Source of the DNA: Geosiphon pyriformis uo1
Taxonomy: Eukaryota > Fungi > Glomeromycota
Length of the DNA: 64,000 nt
Assembly: GCA_016748015.1 (NCBI GenBank)
Contig: JAAOMT010000375.1
Coordinates: forward strand, 305,156-369,155
Direction of reading: 5' to 3'
Below the pieces are notes generated by a model. It saw only the letters and a list, made by a program, of their open reading frames with translations, was not told the origin of the DNA and ran no database searches. How positions within the stretch are numbered: the stretch's first letter is position 1; each line of letters starts with the position of its first letter. Positions 38,602 to 52,277 of the stretch are shown piece by piece. Position numbers and translations under genes: made by a program.

Positions 38602-41386
38602 ACAGTTTATTTTTAAAAAACTTTTGTGTTTTTTTTATTTTTTCTCTTAGTATTAGGCTAATTGGTTTCCAATCTTTGTAATAAATTAAGTAAAACTTGT
38701 ATTTATTATTAAAAAAATACAATAGTTTATTATATTAACACTAAATACAAAAATCATGTTACCAATAACTATATTTGGCTTTTCTGTCAGGTTTTTTTCA
38801 AAACTTCTTTTAAAAATATTATAATAAGACTAACAAATTAGCTTGCTGTTTACAATAATTTTTTTCTGTTAGTTTTAATATTATTTAATAACTTGTTATT
38901 GCTAGTAAAGATGATATAAGCAAGTTTAGTAGTTTCTTTTTATTCTTTTTCTTAATTCTGCTTAAGTACTAAAAAAGTTGTCTAATGATAACACTTAACT
39001 ACAATAAGTTTTTTACCATATCTGATAGTTAATTTACAAAATTTATAATTAAGCAAAACTTTTGCTTTCTTAAATTATTTATTGCCAACAATAATATACT
39101 CTTTTGCTTCAAAAACTTCTATGTTAATTTTAATGTTGATACGATTAATATAGACAGAAACAGCTTTGGCTATTCCAAAATTTTTTTTCTTATTACTATA
39201 TATATTGATTATTGGTTAAATAGAAAATTTATCAATTTTTCTTTTAATGGCTTTTAAAAAGTGTTTGACAATAATGCTAATAAATAATTCACTGTTTAAG
39301 ATCAAATCAATGAAATAACTAGTAATTTGGGCTTTGCAAATTATAGAAATAATATTGTTATTATTAATAAATTTAATTTGACAAGAGCATTTATTGGTTT
39401 TAAGTATTTTTTTTTTGGAATTAAGAATTTGCAAAGATTTTTTCTGAACTGTAAATGAATTATTAATTGGCCAAAAATAATATGTACTAAGGTTTTTATA
39501 AGATCTTTAATAATAAGATAAAGACCCAGATTTTTGCATTATTTTTAAAGATTTTAATTTTGGAGAATTTTTAAAAACTTTTGTTTTTAGTGACTTATTA
39601 CTATTAACAATAAAAATTAAGGCTTTGTTAAAATCTAAAATAAAATTAATCTTGGCTTTTTTTTTTTCTTGTGGATTCAAAAAGGTTGATAGCTAGTTTA
39701 TCTATATTATGATTATTATTAGTTAAGTTAAAAGCATAAAAAAAGTTTTTTTCTGATTGACTTGTATTCTTACTTTTTAGAAATACACTTACCAGTTTAA
39801 AAACTAATAAATAGTGACTTTAACTAAAAAATTTTTTAAAAAAAAATTAATATTAACATGATTAGGTTTTTGATTAAAAATACTATTGTTGTTAAATCTG
39901 TTGTTTTAATTATTATTGTTTCTAAAAGCTGGTAAAAGTAAGAGAAAATTGTTGTAATTTCTTGAGAAATGTTCAGTTAATTTACAATAATAATATACAG
40001 ATAGGCCACAATTTGCTGTTTTTAATAAGAATGCTGTTAAGATTGATTAAAATGAAGTTTAAATTTAGATCTTTGAAGTTGTTAAGTTTTTCTAACTGTT
40101 AAGCCTAAGAGTTTTAGTAACTAAACAAGATTAGTTATAAGTCTATTTATTAATTGTTCATAAAAATTTTGAGTTTAGGCAGCAAAAAAGATAATAGTCA
40201 TTTAAAAAGCAAGAGCCAGAATAAAAGCAGAAGCAAAAACTGGAAGTGTAAATTTTAGATACATTCTTTGATTGTTTTTAATTTTTTAAGCAATTTCAAT
40301 AATCATATCTATTGTAAGATTATTTTTTAGGACCAGAAAAAGCCAAAAAACATATAAAAAATCAGTTTTTAATTCTTTGGTAAAAGAGTAAATCTTTTGC
40401 TTTTCTGTTTAGTTTCTTTTAAAATCTATTTTTTTAATAAGTTTTCTTATAGCTTTAGCATATTTAGTTATAATTTTACCAAAACCTTGAGGGTTTTTTA
40501 ATTTTATATGTCATTTAAAAATTAAGATAAAAGTTCTAAATTTAGTTTTAAACTAAGTAGTAAAAGAAATATTTTTTCTTCAGCATTTGTTGATATCTAT
40601 TTAATAATTTTTTAGTAAGCACTAACATTAGTTTTTTATGAGAACCAAATAGCAAAAAAGCTTTGTAGATAGCTATTAATAATTTGGAACTTGTATTCTG
40701 TATTATATTGATTAGCAGTAACTGTTTTTTTAAAGTTATTTAATCATTCAATTGGGTCTTAAACATTATTTTTAATTAATAGTAATGAGATATTATTTTT
40801 TTATCTTAAAGCAGTTTGTATATCTTTAAGAACAGTCAGAATATTTGCTTGTATAAAGTTAACAGTTATTGGTTTAAAAATAACTATTTGTGTAAAATAA
40901 TCTAATTTACTTAAATTAATATCAAAAATAGAAGCAGTTTAATAACTTTTTTTTTCTGTTTCAAAAAAGTTTTAAATAACTAATAAACAACAATTTAAAT
41001 GTAAATTTGGTAATTTAAATATTTAAAATCAAGAGACTGTTGTTCAAAAGTTATTAAGTATAAAAGTTAATTGATGTTGTTATTTTTTTTTCAAGATTGT
41101 TTTTAAAGTAAGCTTGATCAAAAAAATAAATTGTATAAACTATGTAGTTTTAAGCTAAAAGCTTATTTAAAAACCAGTTCCAAAAATCTTAGAATTGTCT
41201 ACTAAATCGTTTTTTAACAAAGAAGCAAATCAAGCAGAAGGACAAAAAATTGAGTACAATAAAGTTTAGATTGTTTTTGTTGTGTACTTCAAAATGTTTT
41301 TTTGATTGTTAAAGCAAGTATGAATAATTATCTATATAATAGAAAATAAATGAATTTTAACAATCTCACAAAAAACACTACTTTTA

Positions 41387-42108
41387 TATTATAAATTAAA
41401 ATAACAAGTTAACAGATAGCAAAAAAAAACAGAATTATAAGATAATAGAATTATTAAAGAAAATTTACTTTTAAAGAATAAATTAAATAAATATAAATTC
41501 AATATATAAAATCAGTTTTATAAAATACTTAGTTACTAATTTTTTTAAAAAGTAACTAAAAAATTCAAAGATAGAAAGATAGTTCATATTATTAACAAAT
41601 AATAATATATTGGTATAATTTTATGTTTTATATTAATGCTCTTAGAATTTAATATTAAGTATTAAATGTATTTTTTAGTTATATTTATTTAATAATCTTT
41701 AAATACTATAATTATACAAATCAAAAAAGAGTAAGTTAATGCCAACAAGTAATTTTTTATTTTAAAATATTTAAATACTTAAATATAAAGAATAAAAAAA
41801 AAGAAAAAAATGATAAAAAATAAATTGAATTAATAGATATTGTTTTTATTCTTTTAATTGCTTATATTTATTCTTCTATTTGAAAGATTTATTGCTGATA
41901 TAGCTATTAAAAATAGTTAATGATCAAATTATTAATTAGGTTAATAGTCAAGTTACTAATTAGATTATTGATTAGATCAATAATCAGATTAATAATTAAA
42001 TTAATAATTAGATTATTGATTATTAACTAAAAATAGTGTGGCTATTATATAATATCAATAGTTAATACATGTGATAACTAATAAAAACTATAAGTTTTAA
42101 CTATAACA
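41387..42108 (-). repeat. A2 5' LTR
   Basis: AT-decayed homolog of the A LTR with an expanded 12-bp array at ~41915-42025. Confidence 0.82.
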
Positions 42109-45100
42109 ATATATTTAAATCAAGTTTTGCCAAGATATACTTTGATATTAGATCTTTTTTAAATATGGTTCTCAAAAAAATATTGTCTAATAAACAATTT
42201 TTATATCTGGTGTTATAGAAGTATTTTCTTGGTATATTTTAATTGTTGATCTTCTGTTTTAATTGCAATTAATTTTTCATGAGTTTTTCAATTTTATGTG
42301 TTGGATATTAATAATAATGTACTAAAGATTTTCTTTTAATATTATGATATAAGTTTTTTCTTTAATTCTAGTTGTCTTTGTATGTTGTGTACTCTTTTTC
42401 AGAGGCTAATCTGAAATCTATTCACTGTTTAGGGTCTTCTCTGAGACTATTCTTGCAATTGCCTGATGTGTTTCTTTAATCTAAAAACATAGAATGTTAA
42501 TGGTCTTTTTGCAATTTTCCTAAGTATATAATAAAGCTTTTTCAATTTAATTAGTAACTATGTAAATAATTTTGATTAGAGATTATTCTTCCAAAGGGTT
42601 CAAAGATGGAATGATAGTTTTATTTGCTAGAGAGAATATGTGAATTCTATTGTTAATCTCGTAATTGTGATGTTCATTCAATTTATTATTTTTATTAATT
42701 CTTTTTAAATAAGATTTTATTTAGATATTTGTTGCTTCGAATTGAAGCTGTTTTTCTTTATCATTAAAAACTATTGTATATATATATAATTATTGTTTTA
42801 CAAAATAATGTCTTGTAATACTCTATTTCTGTTATTTTTAAATAGTGCTTGTTGCTTTTGTACAATAGTGCTTGCTATTATTTATAAATCATTTCTTTTT
42901 ATAAATTGTTGCTGTGCTATTTCATAATTGGCTAATTTATATTATTTATAATTCCTATTAAATTCTTAAACTGTTTAGCTGTTTTGCAATTTATAATTGA
43001 TTATTAAATGCAATTCAGTTTTGTGTCTAAAAGTATATGTTAAAAATAGGATGTTTTAATAAGAAAAAAGCTTAAGTTTAAAGCCAATTTGTCTAAAGAC
43101 TTTTCTAATAAGATTTTGTATTATTTGTTTTTATGTAGATTAAAAACTTTTAAGCAAATATAAGCAAAAAAACAGATAACTTTAGTTGTTGGGTTTTTTA
43201 ATATAACAAGTATTCTTGGTTATTTGTCTGAACACTATTTTTTAAATTTACAAGTTGTAAACTAAGCATTCATAAATTTATTATAGTTTCTAATTAAGTT
43301 GAAAATTAGTCTTATTAATAATTATTTAGTAAGTGTTGTGAAAATATTTTTGAATAATAAAATCTTTTTAGTTAACAACTTACTTAATGCTTTTTATTTT
43401 TCTGGCTGCTTTCAAATGTTTAAAATTTTAAAGAATTTTTATTACTTTAATATTGTTTATTCTTTAAAGCACTTGAATATTGTTTTTGAAAACAAATTAT
43501 TAAACAAATATAGTGTAATTTTAGATTAAAAAATTTTTTATTGTTAAAAAAAATTAAGTTTTAAAAATCCAGTATTTTTGTGATTTTTTAAAGCTTTAAT
43601 TTATATAAGTAAATTTTTTGCTAATTTTAATAAGATTGCTTTAATCTTTGGTTGCTTAAATTTTTTTTGTTCAGAAAAATTTTCAAATATTTGTGATAAT
43701 TTACATAAACTGTAAACAAAAAAAATTAATATATATACTAATAGTTTATTAAAAAAGTTGAATATTGTAAAAGTAATAAGTAAAACAGCTGTATATTTTT
43801 CTAATATTGAATTAAGCATAAATATTGAAGTTTATAATTTGTTGTTTTTTACTATGTTTGAATTATAGATAGTTGTGTTGATATTAGAAAATGTTTCTTT
43901 TTTTTGCTTTGTAGTTTTGTATATAAACAGCCAAACTACTATTAATACATGTATTTTAGAGCTTAGACTTTAATTATTTAACTTTTAAAATAAGTGTTAA
44001 ATAAAAAAACATTATATAGTTAATTTAATCAAATTAAAAAATATTTTTGCAGTATAAATAAAGATTAAAGACTATTTTGGGATTGTTGACAATATTTAAA
44101 CAGATTTTTTTATATGTAATATAACTTTGTTTTATTTGGCTTTTCTAATTAGTGTATATAAAAAATTTATTATGGCTGATAGTTTGGTTGTATTAAACAA
44201 TACTTATTATTTTGTTTGTAATATTTATTAAAATATTTGTTATGTTTAATAAGAAGTGAATTCAAATATAAAAATTATCAATAGTTTATTTATTTAGAAT
44301 ATAAATTAAATTTGTACAGTTTTAGTTTAGCATTCAGATTTTTATATGTTTTTTAAGTTTACTAATAAAACTTTGGTAGCTTTTTACACTTATTTAATAA
44401 AAATAGTTTATAAAAAATTGCCAGTTATTATTAAAAAAAAACTTTATAACAAAAATTATTTAAATGTTTTATGTTTATTATGTGATAATATTAAATTGAT
44501 TAATTATTTTTTTACTTGTTTAAAAAATACTGTTATATATTTCAAAATATTATTTAATTATGTTAAGTTATAGATATCTTTGGTAAAAATTTGTTTTTTA
44601 TTATCTTTTTTGGTGCTATATATTCTTTTTTTGAAAATATTAAATGTTAATATTTATGTTGTTTTATGTAAAAATTTTGTTTTTAAAAATTAAATAAATA
44701 AGATAAAATCAGTTTTTGGTAATAAAAAAAAACCATGTTTATAATAATTGACTTTATTTATTATTTAGCTAAAAAGTATCATAGTATATTGTAGTTGTTT
44801 AAATTTAAATTTAGAATAAATATAAAGAAAAATAGTTTAGTTAATATAAAAACAATATCTATTGTTTTTTATAATGTGTTTAGTTATTTATTAGTTGAAG
44901 CTTAATATTATTAAGTTATTTATTATTAACTTTAATCTGCATAAGACTTGTTCTTTTTTTTTAGATATAAACAATAATACAAATATTTATATAAATATAT
45001 TGTATAATTTTAATTAACTTAAATAACTAATTATATATAATAAATATATGAATTATATTTAATTAGATTTATTTAGTTTGTTTTTATGTTTTAAATAATA

Positions 45101-45137
45101 GTTGGATTATATTCATTAATAAATTAATAAAAAAGAA
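42109..45137 (+). mobile_element. L2: heavily decayed 3' half of a LINE related to L1, interrupted by F2
   Basis: Aligns by eye to 57880-60155 (KQFLYL..AVLQ, TYLIKIVYKKLPV...CLLCDN); 3' UTR and A-rich tail at ~45128-45137. Confidence 0.75.
42211..42974 (-). repeat. Solo LTR F2 (right end damaged)
   Basis: Reverse complement of 2715-3531; terminal AACA and TSD are missing on the right. Confidence 0.85.
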
Positions 45138-46006
45138 ATCAATAATAATACTAAAAAATAAAAAAGCCAATACTTTATTTTTTATAAAAAAACAGATTTA
45201 CAAGTTAAAAGTAATGTTTTAAAAAATATTAAAAAAATTAATTTAAATACATATTTTTTATTAAATTTAATTTAATTTATTTACAAATTAATTTTTATTT
45301 ATAAATTATAATTTATATATTTACATAAACTATTAATTTAATAATTACTAAATAATTTATTGTTACGGGTTGAAGTAACAAGCTAATAGATAGCAAGAGA
45401 GAACAGGATTGTAGGGTAATGGAAATAATCAAAGGGGAATTTAACTTTAAAGAGCGAATTGAATGAGTATAGATTTAATGTGTGAGATCAGTCTTATAAA
45501 ATATCTCAGTTGCTATTTTTTTCAAAAATAACTGGAGAATCTGAAAATAGAGGAATAGTCTGTACTGTCAACAATTAATCATTACTGGTATAATTCTATG
45601 TCTCACATCAGTACTTTTAGAATTTAATATTAGGTATCAACTTGTGCTTTTCAGTCATGTTTATTCAAATAATCTTCAAATGCTACAATTATATATGTCA
45701 GAAAAAGATTAACAAGTAATCTTTTATCTTTAAGATGTTCAGATACTTGAAGATAAGGAAAGGGAAATTAGCAATAAGAGAAGGATTGAGATAAAAGTTG
45801 TTATTTTATTTATTCTTGATTATTCAAATACTTGTTATTACATGCTTTTCTACAGCTAAGAGATTCATCATTTATATAGCTATCAAAAGTGGTCAATGAT
45901 CAGGTCAATAATCAGGTCAATAGTCAGGTTATTGATTAGGTCAATAATCACTTTCTAAAAATAGTGTGGTTAATCATATAACATCAGTGGCTAATACATG
46001 TGATAA

Positions 46007-46663
46007 TTAATAAGAAGTATAGGTTTCAACTGTAATATCATCCTCTCCAAAGAGATTAAGCTCTGGTAAAATCAAACTATTTAGGAAATACTTTATTTAA
46101 AGGGTTTTATCTAACTCAAAACTAACTAGTTTGTTGAAATCTTTTGTGGATAAGGTATATAAAACTTGAGGCGAAATAAGCTTTGTGTCCAAGAAACTAA
46201 ATTTTTGTATAAGAGTTTTGGTTTTTCTTGTAATGGTCAAAACTTTTGGGATATCTAATCATACAATGTTCAAAATTTCTACTTGTATCTTAGAAATTGT
46301 TTTCTTTATAAGCTTCATGTCTTCTATGATTTCACCAAAGTGACTATAGAGTTCTAGTTGTCTTCTATATAACAAGTTTTTGTCTATGGGCAAGATTTTT
46401 TTAATTGTTTTTCCAATTGTGATGGAAGATGCAAGTATTGCTGCTGTTATACTTTCTAGCAAATACTTATCCATTTTGCTACCAATTTTTTTTCTTTTGG
46501 TAGTTGTTTTCTTTGGTTTGATAACAGTATGTGTTCCACTGTTGTCAGTTATTGTAGTTTGTTTTCCAATGATCAGAGTAGCATTTGGATAGTTTTTAAT
46601 TCAATACTTATAAAGAATATAGAAAGTGTTTTGAATGTTTTGATCCAGAAAATAATTGTTCAT
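46007..46663 (-). pseudogene. A3 ORF3
   Basis: Same 657-nt span as A1 ORF3, ending inside the LTR; includes ORF-track piece 46259-46474. Confidence 0.75.
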
Positions 46664-46704
46664 GTTAATTGAAAATATCTCTGTTTTGGGAGTGATGTAT
46701 TTAT

Positions 46705-49700
46705 TTATATCTGATTTTTGCTGATTATTTGGGTCAGTATTACCACAACAGGTAACCAATTAGATTGTTTGTAATATTTCTTGAGTCATGTGCCATAAAC
46801 AGAACAATCATTAAAGATTGTTTCAGATTGATTTTGAAGAATATAAGAACCATTGTTCAGAACTTTGTTGACTATAAAGGGTCTTTTCTATCAGCTAGAG
46901 AATTTATCATCATAGACATTGTCTTTGTCTGAACAGTATTCCAAAACCAAGTCACCAAGAAAAGTGTTTTATAAGTTTTCTTTTTCTTAAGCTTCTCTTG
47001 AAACTGTTTTATCTTTTCAAAGGCAATTATTCATGCCTCTACCAATGAATCAAGAATAGTACCAAGTCTTCTTTGCAAAATGTCTTTGTAATTTCCTATT
47101 GTAATTTTTTCAAAGGGTATTGTCTCAATATCAGTTTCTATTGGTAGTATTGCCATTCGTTCATAGAGCAGGTAAAAGGGTTTATAACTTGTTATGTTAT
47201 GATTCACAGTTCTATAAGCAAACAAAGCTGAAAACAGTACTTTGTCCTATAAGTTTGTTTCTTCACTTGTTTTGGCTAAGGTTTTACACAGTGTTCTATT
47301 GAAACATTCCACTAGGCCATTTGTTTGGAGGTGATAAGGAAAAAAAAATTTGTGACATATTCCCATTTTTTTACAAAGTTCTTCAACCAGTATACTGAGA
47401 AAAGCTTTTTTTCTATCAAATAAAAGTTCTTTGGGACAACCATAGTGACAAATAATATCTTCATAAATGAAATTAGCAATGGAAACTGCTGTTTGATCTG
47501 GGGTAGCTTTTGCTTCTACCCACTTTGTAAGATAGTTAGTAGCTGTGATAATGTATCTGTTGCTATTAGGAGTTACTGTTAATGGTCCAATAACATCTAT
47601 ACCAATTCTGTCAAAGGGTTGGCCAACAGAGATTGGATGGATGTCTTCTTTATGATTGGGTTTTCCTCTTTTTTGGCAGGTATTACAGGTTTTGATGTAC
47701 TCAGCAATATCTTTTCCCAAGATAGGCCAATAATAGCAAGCTAAATTTTTCTGAATTGTTTTTGTTTTTCCAAAGTGTTCAGCTAATGAATCAGTGTGCA
47801 TATTGTAGATCACAATTTCTTTTTCTTCAAATCTTATGACTCTCTGAGGACAGTCAAGATTTTTTCTATTTCTTTTATATAATTGGTTCTGGCGGATCAA
47901 ATAAAAATTTGATTGTTTGTGCAAATGTTCTTTTTGCTGTCAAGTGTATTCCAGTGGGTATTATCCTTTACCCAAAAATTCCATTAAGGCAGAGTAGTTG
48001 TCCAAGTTTATTATCGTGTTTGGTTGTAAGAGAATTACTAATAATTAGGTTGGTTTGGTTTGGGAGATTGTACTGTCACTTGGTGGTAAGTCTGAAGAAA
48101 GCATTGGCATTTTGATGATTAATTCCTTTATGGTGTTAAATATCATAGTCGAATTCATCCAAGTGGAGTATCCAGCAGGCTATTCATTTATGTTCTAGTC
48201 TTTTTTTGTTGTGCAGCCAAACCAAAGCTTGGTGATACTTATCCCAGTAGCTGGTAGCCCAAACTACTGCTAAGTATTCCTGCTCAGTAACTGAATAGTT
48301 TTTTTCTGCTAGTATAAGGGTTCTACTAGCATAGGCTATTGCATGTTCTCTGCTATCTTCATCTTTTTATGAGAGAACAGCACCAAGTCTATAGCCAGAT
48401 GCATCAGTGTGAAGGATAAAAGATTGATTCAGATCAGATTGCTTGAGAATAGGTTCTGTAATCAATTTTTCTTTGAGGGTTTCAAATGCTTTCTGCTAAT
48501 GTATACCCCAATAGTAGTTGACATTTTTCCTGAGTAGCTGATTGAGTGGAGAGGCAATTTTGGAAAAATTCTTAACAAATTTGCAATAATAAGAGGCCAA
48601 ACCAAGAAAAAAACGTAATTCATGAACATTCATTGGTTGTCTTATGTTCTGAACTTTTTTCACTTTGGCTGGATCAGGAAAGATTCCATCTTTTGTAATA
48701 AGATAGCCAAGGAATTGGGTGGATTGTCTTCCAAAGAAAAATTTGATTGGGTTGATCTTGAGACCTGCATTTCTGAGAAGATTAAAAACTTTTTGCAAAT
48801 GTTCAAGATGTTCATCCCAGGTTTTTGAGTACACTATTATATTGTTCAGATAGACCAGAACAAAATTTTCTTTTACTGATTCAAATACTTTATCTATTAA
48901 GCATTGAAAGGTGGAAGGGACATTGGTGAGACCAAAAGGCATGACTGTGAATTCATAAGTGCCATACTTGGTGATGAAGGTGGTTTTCTTTTGGCTTTCT
49001 GTATCCATCTCTACTTGCCAGAATCCAGCAGTTAGATCAATGGTTGAGAAGAAAGCAGCACCCTTGAATTGATCTAGCATTACATCAATCTTGGGAAGTA
49101 GGTACATGTCTCTTTTAGTAATGACATTTAATTGGTGATAGTCAACACAGAAGCATAGAGTTCCATCTTTCTTGAATACCACTACAACTGGAAAAGCTCA
49201 GTCACTCTTGGTTTCTTGTATGAATCCAAGTTCTTTTATCCAGTTTATTTCTTTTTTGATGAACTCATCATTTTGGCAATTGGATTGGTAAGACTTCAAA
49301 TAGATGAAACAAGTTTCTCTGGTGATAATGGTGTGTTGTATCACATGGGTTCGTCCTGGGGTATCATCTTCTTTTAAAATAACTGGGCTGTTTCTTGCCA
49401 ACAGATTTTTAATGTCTATCTTTCTTTCTTCTGGAGAGAGTTCTCTTTGTTTTACTACTAATAATTGGATCTTAGGTGGTTCATTCTCAAAGGACTTCTG
49501 TACTTCTTTTAATTTATCTCTTGGTATTAGGCTAATTGGTTTCCAATCTTTGTAATAGATCAAACATAATTTGCATTCATCACTTGGAGAATACAAAGGT
49601 TTATTGCATCAGCACCAGGCACAAGAGCCATGCCACCAATAACTGTATTTGGCTTTCTTGCCAGGCTTTTGGTCAAAGATTCTTTTTAGAATATTATAGT

Positions 49701-50736
49701 AGGGCCAGCAAATTAGCTTGCTGTTTACAATAATTTTTTTTCTATTAGCTTTAACATTGTCTAGTGGCTTGCCATTGCTGGTAAAGGTGGTGTAAGTGAG
49801 TTCAGTAGTTTCTTCTTGTTTTTCTTGTTTATCTTTTTCATCACTCTCTTCATCATCTAATTCTTCTGATGGCTTATCTTCTTGATTTTGTTTGGTTGCT
49901 GAAGGAGTTGTTCAATGGCAACATTTAACCACAATGGGTTTTTCATCACATCTTATGATTAGCTCACAAAGTTCATAGTCAAGTAAAGCTTTTGCTTTCT
50001 TAAGCCACTTATTGCCAACAATGATGGTGTATTCTTTAGCTTCAGAAACTTTCATGTCAGTTTCAATACTGATGTCATTGATGTGAACAGGAATAGCTTT
50101 GGCAATGCCCAGATCTTTCTTCTTGTCACCATGTACATTGGTCATTGGTCGGGTAGAAGACTCATCAATTTTTCTGCCAATTGCTTCAAGGAAGTGTTTG
50201 GCAATTACACTAACAGATAATCCATTGTCTAGAATCAAGTCAATGAAGTAATCAGCCATTTGTGCTTTGCAAATTAGAGGAGTAATATTGCTATTGTCAG
50301 CAAGTCCAGCTTGGCAAGAGTGTTTATTGGTCTTTGGTGTTTTCTTCTTGGAGATTAAAGATTTGTGGAGATCTTTTCTAAACTGTGAATGGATCATTAA
50401 CTGGCCAAAGATAATGTGTGCTGGGGTTTCTATAAGATCTTTAACAACAGAATAGGGTCCAGATTTTTGTACAATTTCTGGGGATTCCAATTTTGAAGGG
50501 TTCTTAAAAACTTTGGCTTTTGGTGGCTTATTGTTATCAGCAGTGGAAGTTGAGGCTTTGTTGGGATCTAAAACGAAATCAACTTTGGCTTTCTTCTTTT
50601 TTCTGGTTGATTCAGAAGTGTTGATTGCTAATTTATCCATGTCATAGTCATCATCAATTAAGTTAAAAGCAAAAAAGGAGTTTTCTTCTGGTTGGCTTGT
50701 ACTCTCACTCTTTGGAGATGCGCCTACCAGTTTAAA
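46705..50736 (-). pseudogene. pol: A3 pol
   Basis: LILDNGLSVS, FCVDYHQLN, VYLNNIIVYS, integrase HTDSLAEH...CNTCQ, GIDVIGPL, TNGLVECFN. Confidence 0.92.
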
Positions 50737-52277
50737 AGCTAATAGACTGTGGCTTCAACTAGAGGATCCTCTCCAAAAAAATTAATGTTGGCATGATTGG
50801 GTCTTTGATTGGGGGCATTATTGTTGATGGGTCTATTGTTTTAATTGTCATTATTTCTGGAAACTGGAGGAAATAAAGGAGGATTGTTGTAATCTCTTAA
50901 GAAATGTCCAGTTAATCTACATCTATAACATATAAGAGGACCATGATTTTGCTGTTTTTGATAAGGAGATTGCTAAGGCTGATTAAAATGTAGTTCATAT
51001 TTGGGTCTTTGTGGTTATTGGTTATTTCTAACTGCTTGTGCCAAAGGTTCTAATAACTGGGCAAGATTGGCTGTGAGTTTATCAATTAATTGTTCATTTG
51101 GATCTTGAGTTTGGGCAGCAAAAGAAACAGCAGCTATTTGAGGGGCAGGAGCCACAACAGGAGCAAGAGCAAAAACTGGAAGTGTAGATCCCAAATGTAT
51201 TCATTGGTTGTCTTCAATTCGTTGGGCAAGTTCAATGGCCATGTCCATTGTAGGATTGTCTTTTAGGGCCAAGAGAGGCCAAAGAGCATAAGATAAATCA
51301 GTTCTTAGTTCTTTTGTAAAGGAATAAATTTTTTGCTCTTCTGTCTAGTTCTTTCCAGAGTCTACACACTTGATCAATTTTCTGATTGCTTTGGCATATT
51401 CAGTTACTACTTCTCCTGGGCCTTGGGTTCTTCTTTTTAATTCCATATGCCACTTGGATATTAAGATTGGAGTTCTGAACTTGTTTTCAAACTGGGTTGT
51501 GAAAGAGGTGTTGTTTTTTCCGGCATTTGTTGGCATCCATCTAATGATTTTTTGATGAGCATTAACATCAGTTTTCTGTGAGAACCATGTAGCAGGGGAG
51601 CCTTGGAAGTAGCCACCAACAATTTGAAACTTGTATTCATTATTATATTGGTTGGCTATAGCAGTTCTCTCAAAGTCATCTAACCATTCAATTGGATCTT
51701 GGGCATCACCTCTGAATAATGGTAATGGGGTGTTGTTTTTTTACCCTAAAGCAGTCTGTATACCTTAGAGGGCAATCAGAATGTTTTGTTGCAGAGGGTC
51801 TTGAGTCATTGGTTCAGGTGTAACTGTTTGTGTGGAGTGTTTTGATTTACTTGAAAAGAGATTAAAAACAGAAGTGATTTGATAGCTTTCTTCTTCTGTT
51901 TCAAGAGAAGTTTCTGTTGATTGATGGGCAGCAATCCAAATGTGGATTTGATGATTCAGATATTCAAAATCAGGGGGCTGTTGTTCAAAGATTGCAGAAT
52001 ATAAAAGCTGATTGATACTGTTGTTTCTTCCTTCAAAGTCATCTTCAAAATAAGCTTGGTCAAAGTAATAGATTGTATAAGCTGTATAGGTTTCAGCTGA
52101 ATGCTCATTCAAGAACCAGTTCCAAAAGTCTTGGAATTGTCTGCTGGATTGTTTTTCAATAAGAAAGCAAATCAAGCAGGAAGGTAAAGAATTGAGTTCA
52201 ATAAAGTCTAGATCATTTTTGTTGTGTGCTTTAAAATGTTCTTCTGATTGTTGTGGCAGATATGAATAATCACTCAT
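50724..52277 (-). pseudogene. gag: A3 gag
   Basis: ATG 52277 to TAG 50724 spans 518 codons with internal stops; colinear with A1 gag. Confidence 0.88.

Larger units (their letters stand above)
25127..42108 (-). mobile_element. Element A2: old, very AT-decayed family A copy, interrupted by B2, A5 and B3; 3' LTR almost entirely deleted
   Basis: Segments 25138-25884, 35982-36329, 37040-37626 and 38602-41386 are colinear with A1/A3. 5' LTR 41387-42108; decayed PBS at ~41364-41380. Confidence 0.85.
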
